In this document: in pieces, positions 12,691 through 26,476 of the stretch
Layout of the letters: every line of letters starts with the position of its first letter
How positions within the stretch are numbered: the stretch's first letter is position 1
Assembly: GCF_009914755.1 (NCBI RefSeq)
Contig: NC_060945.1
Strand: one strand, 5' to 3'
From: the human T2T-CHM13v2.0 reference genome, Homo sapiens
Length of the DNA: 64,000 nucleotides
Position numbers and translations under genes: made by a program
The notes under the pieces: model-generated
What the model was told of the DNA's origin: nothing
The model's input: the letters and a program-made list of their open reading frames with translations, nothing else
The model's database searches: none

Positions 12691-14734
12691 GCAAAATGGC
12701 TCAAGGAAATATCAGCACAAACCTGGTTCTTGGCTGGCTTCTCCTTTTCACTGGTGGACAAACTGGTGGAAAAGTGGAGGGTCCTGTTTAAAAGAGAGTA
12801 GTTTAGTTAAATCACTGAGTTTTATTTCCTCCCACCAAACTATGAGTTGTTATGGTAAGATCCCTGAGTCAATGCCAATCTTCTACAGTCCTGGGAGCTT
12901 AAATACACTTGGCAAGCAACACCAAGTTATACAGTTTCCAATACTTAGAGGTATCTGTGAATGCAGATCTTAATGCAGTATATTCTTCTGGGGCTGCATT
13001 TTCTGTCTGAAACAGAGAATGTATCTTAGATGATGTGCTTAGCATAGAACATGCTTCATCTCAGGACTCAGTTAGGATAACAACAAGGCAGGCACATTGG
13101 CCAGTGTCAAGTGTGAAGGTCCAATTTAGGCCCTTACTGTGTTGAAGGCCGCTGGGCAGATGCCAGGACAGACACAGAGGCCAGGCTCCAGCACAGCGTC
13201 AGGGGAAGTCCATGCCAGGGTGTACTTGATCTGATCTCCCACATAACATAAATGATCCTAGAGACGAAGGTCCTGCCAAGAGATCTCCAGGTGACTCCAG
13301 GAGTCCTTGAGGCTGTGAATCTTTGCACCATACTTTAAATTTCTACAAAGCCCCAAATGCCTGTCGCCTCCTCAGCTCCTTTTGTAAAGGAACATGGGTA
13401 AACCATGGACCATTAAGAGTAGACAAAGTTTTGCCAAGTCCTTGGTGCTATGTAGGGAAGAGCTTCTCAGAATGTTCTACTGGGTCCCTCTAGCTGTGGA
13501 GTAGGGCAAATGAGCACCGGGGGTCTGGAGGGATAACCCGAAGCAGCCCCATAACTTGCATGGAATGTTTTTGAAGTCTTGTATTTATCTTAATAATTCA
13601 TGAGAATTTTACATTTCTTTCCATGCTATACCCATGTCTATTTTATATTAAATGTAGCATTAATAATTGCCCGAAACCTGAAAAAAATGGTGCCCCAGAA
13701 AGCTGTACCCACAGTTCTCCTGTAGCTGCCCTGGGGGAACATAGGCCCCAGTTCAAAAGCACCGATGTATGGCATTAATCTCACTGATTATTCTAGAACC
13801 TTCTCTGGCCCACACTTAGAAAAACCACAGGCAGCCAGGGGCTTGAACCTAAGCAACATGCACACAAGTTCAGACCCAACAAAGGGAAGAATTTCCAGGA
13901 GAGATTTGTGCATAGGCTCAAGAAGCCTTTTAGAAAATGAACAAACAAAATATCTCATCATAAGTCAGGGACACCTAATATTTTGGATTCTCTGAACACT
14001 GATGTAGTCTACAGAGATCCTCCTCAGAAAAAAAAAAAAAACCCACAAAACATTTCTTAGGTCTGTGTGTCCTTTAGAGATTTCTAGCGACCTGAGACCA
14101 TCTGTGGGTCCCTAAGAATATAAAGATTCCCACTGAGATCCTTTGTGCAAAGGTCCCTTGTAGAGGGCATATGTTTTCTTTAAATGTTTTGAGCCAACGT
14201 CTAAACATTGAGAAAGTTCACACTGTTGTCTGGATCCTGGAGACTTGACAGCTTTGGACCTACATGATCTCATGGCTCCATGGAGGGGAGGAGCTGCCGC
14301 TGCCCCTGCAGCTGGGATTCCCTGTCCCCTCTGCCACACCACCCCCATTCCTCCTTCACAGAACCCGCCGGCCCCTGTGGCCGCTGAACTGGTGACTTGT
14401 CATGCCATTAGGTCATCGTCGGGGACATCAGGCCCTGACAGTGGCCAAGAGCCATCTGGAGTCCATGCTAGTCATCACGTGCCCCAGCTGACCTTCCACC
14501 CAGACCTGCTGCAGGGCTGTGGCTGGAGAAAAGCTGGGTCAAAGAAGCGGAAGAATCTACAGATACATCCAGTACTAGGAGCATTGGTTGCAGTGGAGGA
14601 GTTCAATTCCCCATACGGGGAATATTCTCCCCACTCCACTTGGAATGGAGCCATGAGGGTGAGTGGAGAGTCAGAGTCTGCCGCAGCCTTGGGGCAGAAA
14701 CAGCTTCCCAGACAACATCGGCACCTTCCCTTGG

Positions 14735-15165
14735 GACGGTGGTGGCTGCAGCAACAAATTAACACAAATAGGGTGACTTAAAACAACAGAAATGTATTGT
14801 CTCACAGTTCTAGAGGCCAGCAATCTGAAGTCACAGGGTCCACAGGGCCATGGCACCCTCTGGAGACTCAAGAGGAGAATCTGCCATTTGCCGCCTCCAG
14901 CTTCTGGTCTCTCCAGGCATCCACTGGCTTGTGGCTGTGTCACTCCAATCTCTTCTTTCTGTCTGTGTTTTCTCTTTTGTCTCTTCTGAAGACTCCTGTC
15001 ATTGGATTTGGGGCCCACCTAATCAATCCAGGATGATCTCATCTGCAGATCCTTCCCTTAATTATATCTGAAAAGATGTTTTTTTTCCAGATGAAGTCAC
15101 ATTCACAGGTACTCGGGATTAGGACTCGGACGTATCTTTTGGGGGTCACCATTCAACCCACTACC
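14735..15165 (-). mobile_element. MLT1B/C-type MaLR LTR
   Basis: cttaaaacaacagaaatgtattgtctcacagttctagaggcc ... cattggatttggggcccacctaatc ... attcaacccactac. Confidence 0.88.
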
Positions 15166-15936
15166 CAGCTTCTTAGCCACTGGCATACGTCATAGGCAAC
15201 AGCAGCCCCTAATAACAAGTATCAGTCATGGTGGTGGCTTTGCCGGTGTTCATGGTAAAAAGTGCCCTCCATGAGCCAGACCTGAGTGGGGAGGAGAATA
15301 CAGAACCACATCGCAACTTGACTTGGATGCCCTTGGTAATGAGCATGAGAGCCCAACCGGAGGACACCAAGAGGTCTCTGGGAGAGATGGAGGCACATGA
15401 AAGAGGTCCTGGAAGAGTCAGTAGGGGCTGAGCCTGATTTTTTTTTAACATGCTGTGACCTATTTGCACCCCAAGGCTGCTGAGGCCTGGGGAAGTGCTT
15501 AATTTGCACAGCTGCATCCTCATGAGAGCCCTGGTCTCATCTGAGTCCACCTGCCCATGCCCCAAATCCAAACCAGTGTGTTCCACTCTCATGCTCTGCC
15601 AACCAGTATGAGGTGAGCCATCCAACACTCACTGAGCATTTCCCGTGTGAAGTTCCCATGCTGGGGTACCCCTCTCCCTAGAGCTCTAGATGGAGAGACA
15701 GAGAGGCATTCTCCAATCACCTGGGAAAAGTCAGTTAGGTGTGGATGCCAGAGGTTTTCATCGTCCTATTCCTGTCCCTTATTTAAAAAGTGAGTGGGCT
15801 CTGTGTTCACTGTCCCCTGGTGGGATGCAGTAGAAATAAAGGCAGAAATTGCCCAGCTTTGGTCTTCTGGAAGTCTAAGCCCCTGGGGGATTTCAGAGAA
15901 TCTACTGAGCTGGCAAAATAAAAGGGCTTAGGGGTA

Positions 15937-16308
15937 TGTATTAGCCCATTATTGCTATAAAGAACTACCTGAAACTGGGTAATTGATTAAGAAAAGAGGT
16001 TTAATTGATTCAGTTCTGCAGGCTTAACAGGAAGCATGACTGGGAGGCCTCAAGAAACTTACAATCATGGCGGAAGGTGAAGGGGAAGCACGTTTTACCA
16101 TAGTGGAGCAGGAGAGAGAGAGAGACAAGGGGAAAGTGCCACACACTTTTAAATGATCAGATCTCATGAGAACTCACTATCACGAGAACAACAAAAGGGG
16201 AAGTCCACCCCCCGTGAGCCAATCACCTCCCACCAGGTCCCTCTCTCAACACTGGAGATTACAACTCAACATGAGATTTGGATGGGGACACAGAACCAAA
16301 TCAGATCA
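15937..16308 (-). mobile_element. MST-family solo LTR
   Basis: TG...CA ends, homologous to 252-633. Flanks GGGTA / GAGTA form a TSD with one mismatch. Confidence 0.9.
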
Positions 16309-16674
16309 GAGTAGAAACAAAAAATACTGGACCAATAAACAGAAGGAACATTTCCCCAGATCAGGCAATTTTCCCCAGGTCAGGGAGATATTCTCCTGGG
16401 GTGTGGGGAGGAGACTGGGATAGCTCAGCAAGGTCCCAGGAAGGCGGCAGCTGCCTGGTCCTCTTAGGTACTTGAGAAAGGTATCTTCACCCCAAATGGG
16501 GCTTTGAACCTCAGGCCTAATTGCCCCAAGGGCCAGTCAATGGACTGTAATGTATATAGACTGATGATGAGGCCCAATGAGGACCAGAGGATCCACTCCT
16601 GCCCCCACCCCACTCAGCAGTTCCACAACCTACATATGTCCCTGAGACCATGATCTGGTCACAGAGTAAGGAAA

Positions 16675-17053
16675 GTGCCTTGGTTTGCTAGGGCTGCCCC
16701 AACAATTCCACAGACTGGGTGGCTTCAACAACAGACTTTTTTTTTTGTAGCACTTCTAGAGGTCAGAAGTCCAAGATCAAGGTGTCACTTGGCTATTTCT
16801 GAGGCCTCTCTCCTTGGCTTGTGGATGACTGTCTTCTGCCTGTGTCTTCACATGGGCTTCTCTCTGTGCCTGTCTGTGTCCTAATATCCTCATTACAACA
16901 CTGATCATATGGATTTAGGGCCCACTCTAATGATCTCATAGTAACTTAATTGCCTCTTTAGTGGTCCTGTCTCCAAATACCATCACATTCGGAGGTACTG
17001 GAAGTTAGAACTTCAACAGAAGAATTTTAGGAGTCCGAATTCAGCCCTTTACA
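16675..17053 (-). mobile_element. MLT1A-type MaLR LTR
   Basis: tttgctagggctgcc..aaca..ccacagactgggtggctt..aacaacag ... gaagtccaagatcaaggtgtc ... aattcagccctttaca. Confidence 0.88.
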
Positions 17054-17789
17054 AAGAGGAACTTTCAGGAAATGATCCAGCTTGGTGAAGAAATGGTTCT
17101 CTTGAAATAAAATTTAAGTAAATAAAAAACACAGATTTCTCTTTTGTACACACCTCGGGATGTGGACTGATTCATGCCTACTGGCCCCCACAGGTGCCTT
17201 TTCCCCAGGCAGGAAGGTACAGATCCTGGGAGGGGCATGATTGTGTTTTTGTTTTTTATTTTTTAAAGGAAATCTCCAGGTGATTTTCAGTCCCTCCCAC
17301 AGAGGCCCACTGCTGTGCCAAGTGGGCACAGGGCAAATCCCAAAGCTCTTGCTCAGTTATAAGACAAATAGTCAGTAGGTGCCTTCTATAGGCGAAGCGT
17401 TGTGCAAGGCACCTGGAGGAAAACTAAAGTATGTGGCCTGCCCTTACCTGTTATATACAGCAAGGCGCTCGGTCAAAGCAAAGAAAGCCCAAAGGCATTC
17501 CCAAGCTTGGTGCTCCAGACCTCCCTGTGCACTCACATGCCTGCGCTCTTTACTCTCATCCAGGTTCTTTCTCCCTCCCTAGATCTGCTAAGAAGTGTAT
17601 ATGGATGGGTCACCTTTTCCAAAGAAGGGTGGGAACGTCCTCCCATCAAGGGAAACAAGTGTCCTGTGGTGGCAAGGAATAAGGAGAGTGAGGAATATGA
17701 CTTTGTGGCAAATGCTTTAACTTGGACGTAAGAGCTAAGTCTGGCATTGCTGCAATTGAATGGATACTATTGTCCCAACTTTGCAGAAG

Positions 17790-18000
17790 ACTCTGCGTAT
17801 CTTACTTTGGGATCCCCTGAAAGTGGACCTTTGGACAAAGATTTTCTATGCAAGCAGTTTCTTGGGCAGGGATCCAGGAAGCACAGTGAGGGAGAGGGGA
17901 ACAAGTGCTGGGAAGGGGAGGGGATCAGTAGAGGACACGCTAGTGAGTGGGCTACTGCTGCAGGCGCATGGGGCTCAGTCCCAGTGGGGACTCTGAAGCC
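17790..18000 (-). mobile_element. LTR16-like ERVL LTR fragment
   Basis: gacaaagatttt..tgcaagcagttt.ttggg..ggatccaggaagcac resembles the reversed 3' end of the LTR16 family. Confidence 0.5.
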
Positions 18001-18441
18001 TAGGGCCATGAGCTCAAGTAAGCATGCATTGGAATAAGGAGAATGCCCAGACCTTGTAGGATTGTTGGTCATAGAGTCTGAATTGACATTGATAGCTGGG
18101 GACATACGGGAGCCAGGTAATACATGGAGTCCTGGCCCAGGTCTAGCTTACAGTGGATTTGTTTGACTCATAGACCACTGAGTGGTTGTTTTCCTAATCA
18201 CTCAATAGAGAGTTGGAATGAAAATGCTTGGTGGTTGTCAAAAGTCTCACATTGGAACCTTGACCTGTAGCATAAGAGTTTTAATACCGGGGAAAGCCAA
18301 ATAGAAACCCAACCCCTGTCCTTGGTCAAAATAATTTTTAAAAAAACAAAATGCATCCCCAGGAGAACAATGGAGCTTAGTGGTACCAGCAAAAATTTGA
18401 AGAAGGCAAGGGTGGTATCATTGCCATATCCCAATTTAATC

Positions 18442-18981
18442 TGTTAGGGAAGCAGGAGCCCAGGCGAGCCAAAGTGACACCATTTTTAAATCAATTCCAT
18501 CTTAAAACTGGCAAGGCATATTTCTTGCCAGTCACGACCCATGGTCCTGAGATGTTTACAGCTAAGGAAGCAGCTTAGTGATGCTACAAGGACACACTCC
18601 TACAACAACAAAAAGTCCAGATGTCCCAATACTCATATATGTTTCCAAGATAATTATAGTTACGCTTTGATGTACTTACACACTAAAATGTCAAGGATAG
18701 TTTTATTTAAATCAATAGAATAATTTTGTCATGCTGTCAGCCCACCCGTATGTGGGCACAACTTGGTTTAGTCTCTACATAGACAAGACCCCTATATAAA
18801 AAATTAAACTTAAAATAAAGATGATACATTCCTCTGCTTGCTTCCTGAGGAATGTAATGGAGTAGTTTCTAATAAACTTGCTTCTTTCACTGTGCTCTGT
18901 GACTTGCCTTGAATTCTTTCCTGCATGAGATACAAGAATCCTCTTTTGAGATCTGGATTGGGACCCTATTTTCCAGCAACA
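18442..18981 (+). mobile_element. ERV1-class (MER4/MER41-group-like) solo LTR
   Basis: TGTTAGGG...GCAACA ends, TATATAA near 18793, AATAAA near 18871, MER4-group-like 3' end (tctggattgggaccc). Perfect 4-bp TSD AATC. Confidence 0.85.
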
Positions 18982-19214
18982 AATCCATCAGTCTGGCCAC
19001 TACAGAAATCAGAGGGTCATGGAGATGACAACGGGCTATCACAAACTCAAGCAAGTAGTAGCATCCATTGTAGCAAGTGTGCCATACGTGGCAAAGAGAG
19101 ATTAACACAGCCTTTAGAACATGGTGTGCACAGGGGTGCTGCCCTTGACCTGGAAATGTGTACTTTGCCCTATGTATCAGCAAAAAAGACCAGAAGTAGT
19201 TCCCCTTCATGTAG

Positions 19215-19492
19215 GACTGATATAGATTTCTCCTGAGGCCTCTTTCCTTGACTTGCAGACAGCCACCTTTTCACTGTTTCCTTACCTGGTCTTTCCTTCG
19301 TGTGCACACATCCTTGGTGCCTCTCCCCCTCCTTATAAGGACATCAGTCATACTGGATTAGTGTGCTACTCTTATAACCTCATTTAATCTTAATTACCTC
19401 TTTAAAGGCCCTATCTTCAAATACGGTCATATTGGAGGTTAAGGCTTCAACCCATGCATTTGAAAGCGGAGGGACAAAATTTAGTCTGTAAG
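19215..19492 (-). mobile_element. MLT1A-type LTR fragment
   Basis: ccttataaggacatcagtcatactggattag ... ctcatttaatcttaattacctctttaaaggccctatct. Confidence 0.85.
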
Positions 19493-19829
19493 AGGCACCA
19501 TGGCACAGATAGACAGAATGACTCAGCCAGCTATGATCAGCCATCTCAGTTCTGGCACAAGGAGCTCACAGAGTAGCTAAGGTGACAGAGAAGGAGATTC
19601 AGGTTGTGCCTGGACCTAACAGCAAGGGCTCCCTCTCATCAAGGCTGATCTAGCTTTGGCTGCTGCTGCATGTCCAACCCATCAGCAGCAGAGGCCAACA
19701 ATGACACAGAGACCTGTCTAGCCCAAGTGCGTGCCCCCTCCCAGGGGACGAGTGTCGCCAATGACTGGCTTCTGCATGGGTATGTAGGTCCAGCCCCTTT
19801 TCTTCAATTTGGGAAAACTCTGATGGATC

Positions 19830-20016
19830 ATTCCGGTTATGGAGCTCCTGTGGAAGCAACTGAGGTCTCAGTCATAGCACCATCACAGGTCAGCTTCTCT
19901 CTCTGCCCAGTTCTGCCATCCTCACTCCCTTACATGTGTATCTCCCAAGAACACTCCCCAATAAACGTCAGCACTCAGCTCTCAGAGTCTGCTTTCAAAG
20001 GACCTATGATAAGACA
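19830..20016 (+). mobile_element. LTR16-like 3' LTR portion
   Basis: cttctctctctgcccagttctgc..cctcactcccttaca..tctcccaagaacactccccaataaac..ctcagagtctgcttt...taagaca. Confidence 0.7.
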
Positions 20017-23000
20017 GTAACCTTTCTAAAACTGATCTGAGAATGAGCCTGCATTCAGAATATACTTTCCCCACTGTAGAACACTGGTGCCCCTCATCTA
20101 CTTTAAATATTTCTGTGGCTTATTACCCTAGTTGAAATACACACCTGGCATTCTACAAAAGGAATCGAAGTATTGTCTCAAAAGACTATCTTCATAATTA
20201 ATCAAGGCCCACTGAGCCATAGGGCCTCCAGCCTTTCCCTAACTGAGGGATACTTCTGCTAATGGTGAAGCTTGGTGTTAAAAATAATGTTTAGACCTGT
20301 TTTGTGATATTCTGAATGTAGAACAGCCAAAGCCATTTAGATTAGTGTCATTTGTTCTCATAAATGTGAATAAAATGCTTTGTGGGACTATCAAATTCTT
20401 TAAAACACGTTACATAAAATGTGCAGATAATCTTAAGAGATTCCTTTTAGAGTTGGTGTGTTTCATTCAATAAACTTGTTTTATCAAATCACATAACATT
20501 TATTTAATTGTCACCAATCATTCTTTTATTTCATCATATAGAGTATTGCATATTTGTCTTATTTTTTTTTTTTTACCAAGAAATGAACTTTCTAAAACTT
20601 ATGAAAACATTTGGACGGTAGCTTACAAAAATACACAGTGATAGATAGATTTTTCCTTATTCTCTTAAGGTGTATGTGGAAAATAAAGTACAAAGATCAA
20701 TGGAGAAACTAATATCTTCCTGCCTGCCCATGTTTTCAAGCAATTAATAAATAAGAGAAAAGAAGAAGCAAAGAGACAACAAAAATATATAATGACATCC
20801 CTTCACATGGGGTGGGGGAGAAGCACCACCTCCTCTCCAACAGGATACCCACACCTTCCAGATTATCTGGGTAGACCTCAAATTCCAATACTCTGATCTG
20901 CCATCCTCAGAAGATCACGTAGGACTGTCAGATACCTTGTTCTCTTTGGGGAAAGGGTATAGAACACAGAGTCCCAGTAATCACACACCTTCTTACCCAG
21001 CCTACAATGGCTTCAGAGCACAGAGGCTGCAGTGCCCTTGGCTTCCTGACCAGGCGCTCCTGGTTGGCCTTCCCCCAGCACTTCCCAGCAGACCTGGTTC
21101 CTGGTAGTGACGCCTTTGCTTTTCTTCCAGGTCTATTTTTGTCCAGAGTCGCCAATTCCCCACCACAAGTCTCCGTTCTTTTCCCCCAAGGACCTTCATT
21201 GGTTTCCCTAAAGGGGTTTTCCCTTGCCCAATCCTGGTGCCTTTGAGTCACAGCCGGCATCCTTGCCAGGGGGCCACCAGCCCATTCTGCTAGCTGACCA
21301 ACAATCCTGTTTTTGGGTCTAAGGAAAAGTGTCTCATGTGATCATCAGAGCTTGAGCCAGAGGACATATATGGGCAGGGCTTAGACCAAGGGCCAAAGGC
21401 AACAGGCCCCAAGTGAGGGCAGAGATGTGAAGTCATAGATAGTCACTGCTGCTCCAGGCACCCACCTGGGAGAGCCTGCATTGCCCCATGAGTGACCAAG
21501 TGGTCCCATTCCTCTGGATATAGCAAAATTAAGAACCTTAGCCATGAAGAGGTCAGGAGGCTTAAAGGGACATTTCTGAAGTTGGGGCCTTTGCACTTGA
21601 AGTTATCCAAGTAGTTGAGCATTAGACGTCTTCCTCTTAAACCTTGTACGCTCTCCACCAAAAGGTTTGAAGCCTGGTAAAACTCTTGAAAAAATGCACA
21701 CCATTGTGGTAGCCATGTCTTCAATTAGCCCCTATCCATAGAGCAACATTTTAGCTCAGTGACTGCAAAGACACCCTCTCTTCTTATTTTATCCCTAATG
21801 CTTAGGTTGCTGCTGGCTAATACTTAGTATTAAATAATTTATTTAATACTAAGAAGAATTAAATAAATATTGATGGCATGAATGATCATTCTGACTTGAA
21901 AGGGCATTTATTGAACTTTTTAGTCCACCAAACACCATAAGCCCTTGATTTTTATTTCTTCTGCTCTAATTTCTCAGAGCTTGTAGATATTTCCTAGCAG
22001 GTCATCGTTGCCACCTGGGCAAGACAGGAAGGCTACCCTCATCCCACTCACTTGTTCTCCTTTTGATCATATACTCTCATGTTCGCCAATGCATCAAATT
22101 GGTGACCTTCTTCTAATCACAGACAAGTACAATAAGATTGGAAGGTGTCATGTTTTGGCAGGTGAACCTGTTTCTATAAGGATCCTGAAAAGACCAAGGT
22201 ATATTTATTACCCTCAGTTTCTTTCCTTGACTTGCTCTTTGCACTCTGATGGGCCAGCCTTGGAATATCTCCAAGAGCAGCTGTTGGCAGGTCTTTCACC
22301 CCAGGAAAAAATTATCAGCTCTGTATTACTCAAGTTGTCTCTAAAGATGTTGGTCATTAGCCACTTCACTCTCTCTCGCCTGCTTGTGAAATATGGGTTG
22401 GATTCCTTCTGACATGTTACATCCCCAGTTGATCTCCTAAAGCAAATAGGAATTTATGGAGACATTCAACCCAGGAGTTTATGACCTGGCTGGGAGGGAA
22501 AATCTCCTGCACAAACATCTTCTCTAATTTTTTTGTATCTTTCCCATCTCAACATTCCCACTTCCCAAAGACTCTAATGAAACAGAAGCACAGTTTTTGA
22601 TTGAGCACCCAGTCTGTCTACTATAATACTCTCTGGATCCCTTGTTACCAATATATTTATAATCCTATTTCTAACTAAGGAGTTTAGTTATAAGCTAAAC
22701 TCCAGCATTTCCTCAGGAGGTGCTGGCCTCATAAATGTCCTGCAAGCAAGGAAAGTAGATCTTCCAGGAATGGCAGGAATCACGAGAAGACTGAAGGGTC
22801 AGCTCTTTAATTGGACCACCTCAATCGTTTGGGCTGTTAAACAATATTTTTGCTCAGTCTTTCCCACATTATAGTAATTAAATAGTTCCTTCCACATCCT
22901 CAACAAAGTCAAACACAGCAGCTTCACTGGGTGAAAAAGACCACTCTTGATTTGGGTGAAAAATGTTCTTTCCCACCCGTGAGGAAGGCCAAGCAGCGAA

Positions 23001-24599
23001 TCCTCCCACTGCTGAGATTAGAGCAGTTATTTCTGCTAACACTGCCATCCCTTCTCTCTCCAGAACACTTTCTCTGTTATCAAGTTGAGCAAAGCAAGGA
23101 AAAAGTAAGCTGGTCAAATGTTTACTTGGTTGGTGAGCGTTGATAAAATGTTGGCCTCTGTGTGGTTCTGGATGAGACATGCACCCCCTGACCCAGCCAG
23201 CCCTGGGCTACAATGAGAACGAAGGAGCAGGTGATAGCTCTTAAACAACCAGCCAGTCCCAGGTTTTCAGCCCAGTGTTTGTTCACTTATCCCAGACGCT
23301 TGACTCACGAGGGACCGTGTTTATACTGGCTCTGTCCCAGGGTCACTTTGGTTGAGTGGTATCCATTGGTGTGGCTCCTACAGCAAAAGACCAAGTCCTG
23401 ATGCCAAGAGAGATTAGGAGTTTGCAACGGGAAAGAAGAGGAATAAACAAAAAAGAGTGGCTCCAAGTCAAGTAAGTTGCTGAGCTGACTTGAGCTTGTT
23501 TCTACTTGTGGGAAACTAAAATCAATCTCTGGTCTGGTTGAAATAATCTTCAGACTGTCTGAACACCATAGTTGGTGGCACAGATTTACAGACATCTCAG
23601 CAGATTGGAGTGCAGAAGAGCAGAGAGTAAGTGGGTTATGAGCCAGCTTAAAGCTTCACTCAATGGAAACTGGAGCCCCGTCTTTCCAGAGAGGCAAAAA
23701 ATGAATAATAATAATTGTGATGACGATGATGATGATGAGACATTAAATAAACCTCCTTGGAGCTTTTTGCTGACTTCTTCTGCTGGTGCCTGCACTTTCT
23801 GCCTCCCTAGAGGTTCCAACAAACCTTCTGACTCTAAAAGGAAACCCTTCTGAGACCAAAAGGATAGCCAATTATCTCAAGTTTTACAGCATAAATAATC
23901 TAATTGGATACTAAGAGGAGTCCAGATATTTGCACAAAAATTAAACCGTCACACAGAAGGGTGTTATACCCCTGCCTGGCCTCCTTCTTCCTAAAAGCCT
24001 GGAGAGTGAACAGACTTGAGTGTTGAACGACCCCCATTTCCTCCTGCTCTACCATGAGTGGGCACCATGGCCTCAGGCATGGGACCAACCTCTCCATATC
24101 CTCTCAGTTTGAGGAGGGAGGTGCTATCCACTGTGCCTCCCTTGATAGGAGAAATCAAGCATGCATTGAAGCCCTTGACAAAGAAAAAATTGCTGAACAG
24201 AAGCAAGGTCTGCAGGACATGGGTCCTATTGCTGCTGGGCATTTTGCAAGGATAAATATTACATAGTCACTCAGTTTGGTAGGAAGTTTGCTCACAAGAA
24301 TTGGAACTGGAGGGGCTGGAAAATAAAAACTCCAATGGAAAAGGCTAAATTCCTTTTATCTTCATTCTTTATTGTTAACTACTTAAGCCACATAATCCCC
24401 TCAGTGTCAGGTATCCCAGGCCAAGAATCCTATATACCCAGGCACATCGCCACCCCTGCACCACCAGGCCACATAATACTAGAAATTCATTCAGAAAAAC
24501 TCTTTCCAGATTGATTAATTGGTGATTGAATAAGTGAGGGAAGGAATAGGGGAAAGGGCAGAATCAGAAAATGAGAAGCGAACGCAGGAAGACAAAATT

Positions 24600-25022
24600 A
24601 GCGTGGCAGGTACAATGGCACCTGCCCAGATCCCCTCTCTATGGACAGATGGCCGCAGCTGCCAGGAGGGCCATTATACCCTTCAGAAGTGGCTGCAGTT
24701 GCAGAGAGATGCCTGACTAGGGCATCCCACAACTGACAGATCCAGGCAGGTGTATAAAGGTACCACTGGGTCATTTTAACCCAATGCTGAACAATGCTGC
24801 TAAGCCATTTTAGCTCCTGAGCTTCCCTGGCATCCGCTGAGGCTGTCTCCTCTGCATCACTGCTCAGCTCCCACCTCTGTCCACTCAAACTTTTCTTGTC
24901 CTCACTTCCACTGGTGTCGATCTCAAGGGCACCAAATATCCTATCCCTTAAAATCCATTAACAAATATCCTATCCCTTAAAATGCATCTCAGAATCTGCC
25001 TCCAGAGAACACGACTGTGACC
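24600..25022 (+). mobile_element. LTR16-like ERVL LTR
   Basis: cacctgcccagatccc at the 5' end; cacttccactggtgtcgatc..catctcagaatctgcctccagagaac at the 3' end. Confidence 0.6.
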
Positions 25023-25559
25023 ACTAGGAAATGTAGCCAATGGAAATTCTCAAAGACTAAGAGGAGAATGAAGAAGGCAGGGGACACACTCATCTTCTTT
25101 GTGCTGTCATTGCCATTCCTTGTCTGGGTGTCTGCTTCAGCAAGGCACTGGAGCACAGTGACAAAGAAACATGTGTTAGGTTCCTGGGACCTCTTTCTCA
25201 CCTTAGTTTTGTCACTCACGAGCTGTGTGGTCATGGATAAGTCAATGTCTCAGGGCCTCTTTTTGCAAGTTAAGAAACAAGGACAATAATGATCCTACCT
25301 GACATTTGAGTCATCATGAGGATCTCCTACGACCGTGGATGCCAGTGTGCACGGGAGATGGTAACACCCCATCTGCTAGTGACATTTCCCCCTTCTCCAG
25401 CCAAAGCTTGGAAAGACAGCAGGACCTTGAAAATGGCAGCCAGAAAGGCAGCCATTTCCACCCTGAGCTTCAATCCCCAGGCTGAGGAAGTCCTTGCAGG
25501 GAGGAGTTAGCTGCTAGAAGTCATGGGAGAGGGGAGGGTACTATCTCATTAAACTCTCA

Positions 25560-26070
25560 CCCATAGATCATATTGAACACCTGCTACCTATGTGTTAAAC
25601 TCCAGGCCAGTCCACACACATAGGGAGATGGAAATTAACTAAACCTGCAAACAAATAAAAACCTCCCACAGGGAATAAGCCAAGTAACAGGAGTTACAGA
25701 AGGCCTCCCTGAGGAAGTCACACTTGAAATGAGAACTGAGTGACGAGAAGGAGGTATGTCGACAAAGGAGGAAGGGAAGGTGATTGCAATCTGAGATGAA
25801 TATGAGTCCCAAGAAGTCCTCATGGTCAGGGGAGCAGAGAGCAGAAGGCCTGGAACACGAGGGTGAAGCTGGGAGAAGTTGGGAGGCAAGAGCTGAAAAC
25901 GGGCTGGGGAGAGGATGAGGGCCAAGTTGAGCAAGTCCTGGCAGGTCAAAGACTATTAGCTTTATCCTGAATACAACGGGGAGTTGTGGAAGGGCCTTAA
26001 GCAGCAGGCAGATGGTTATACCAGCTGCAGAGGGAAGGATGGATGGCAGGGAGGTCAGAGTGGGTAGCAT
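25560..26070 (-). mobile_element. L2 LINE fragment
   Basis: gaaggcctccctgaggaagtcacacttgaaatgagaactga ... ctttatcctga..caacggg.agttgtggaaggg. Confidence 0.7.
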
Positions 26071-26072
26071 TA

Positions 26073-26476
<404 letters not shown>

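Larger units (their letters stand above)
18330..19810 (+). pseudogene. Decayed ERVL-class pol remnants (reverse transcriptase and integrase), interrupted by two later LTR insertions
   Basis: Joined across the LTR it reads SQFNPSVWPLQKSEG/WRMTTGYHKLKQVVASIVASVP (compare ERVL [30 protein letters not shown]). 19620-19700 reads QQGLPLIKADLALAAAACPTHQQQRP (compare the integrase zinc-finger GLPLTKADLATATAECPICQQQRP). Confidence 0.85.

Noticed and set aside
14245-14781. 178-aa ORF
   Set aside because: GC-rich, runs into an MLT1 LTR, and shows no homology I can recognise.
22679-22703. Imperfect palindrome GGAGTTTAG-TTATAAG-CTAAACTCC
   Set aside because: Only 9-bp arms with a 7-nt spacer, expected by chance at this window size.
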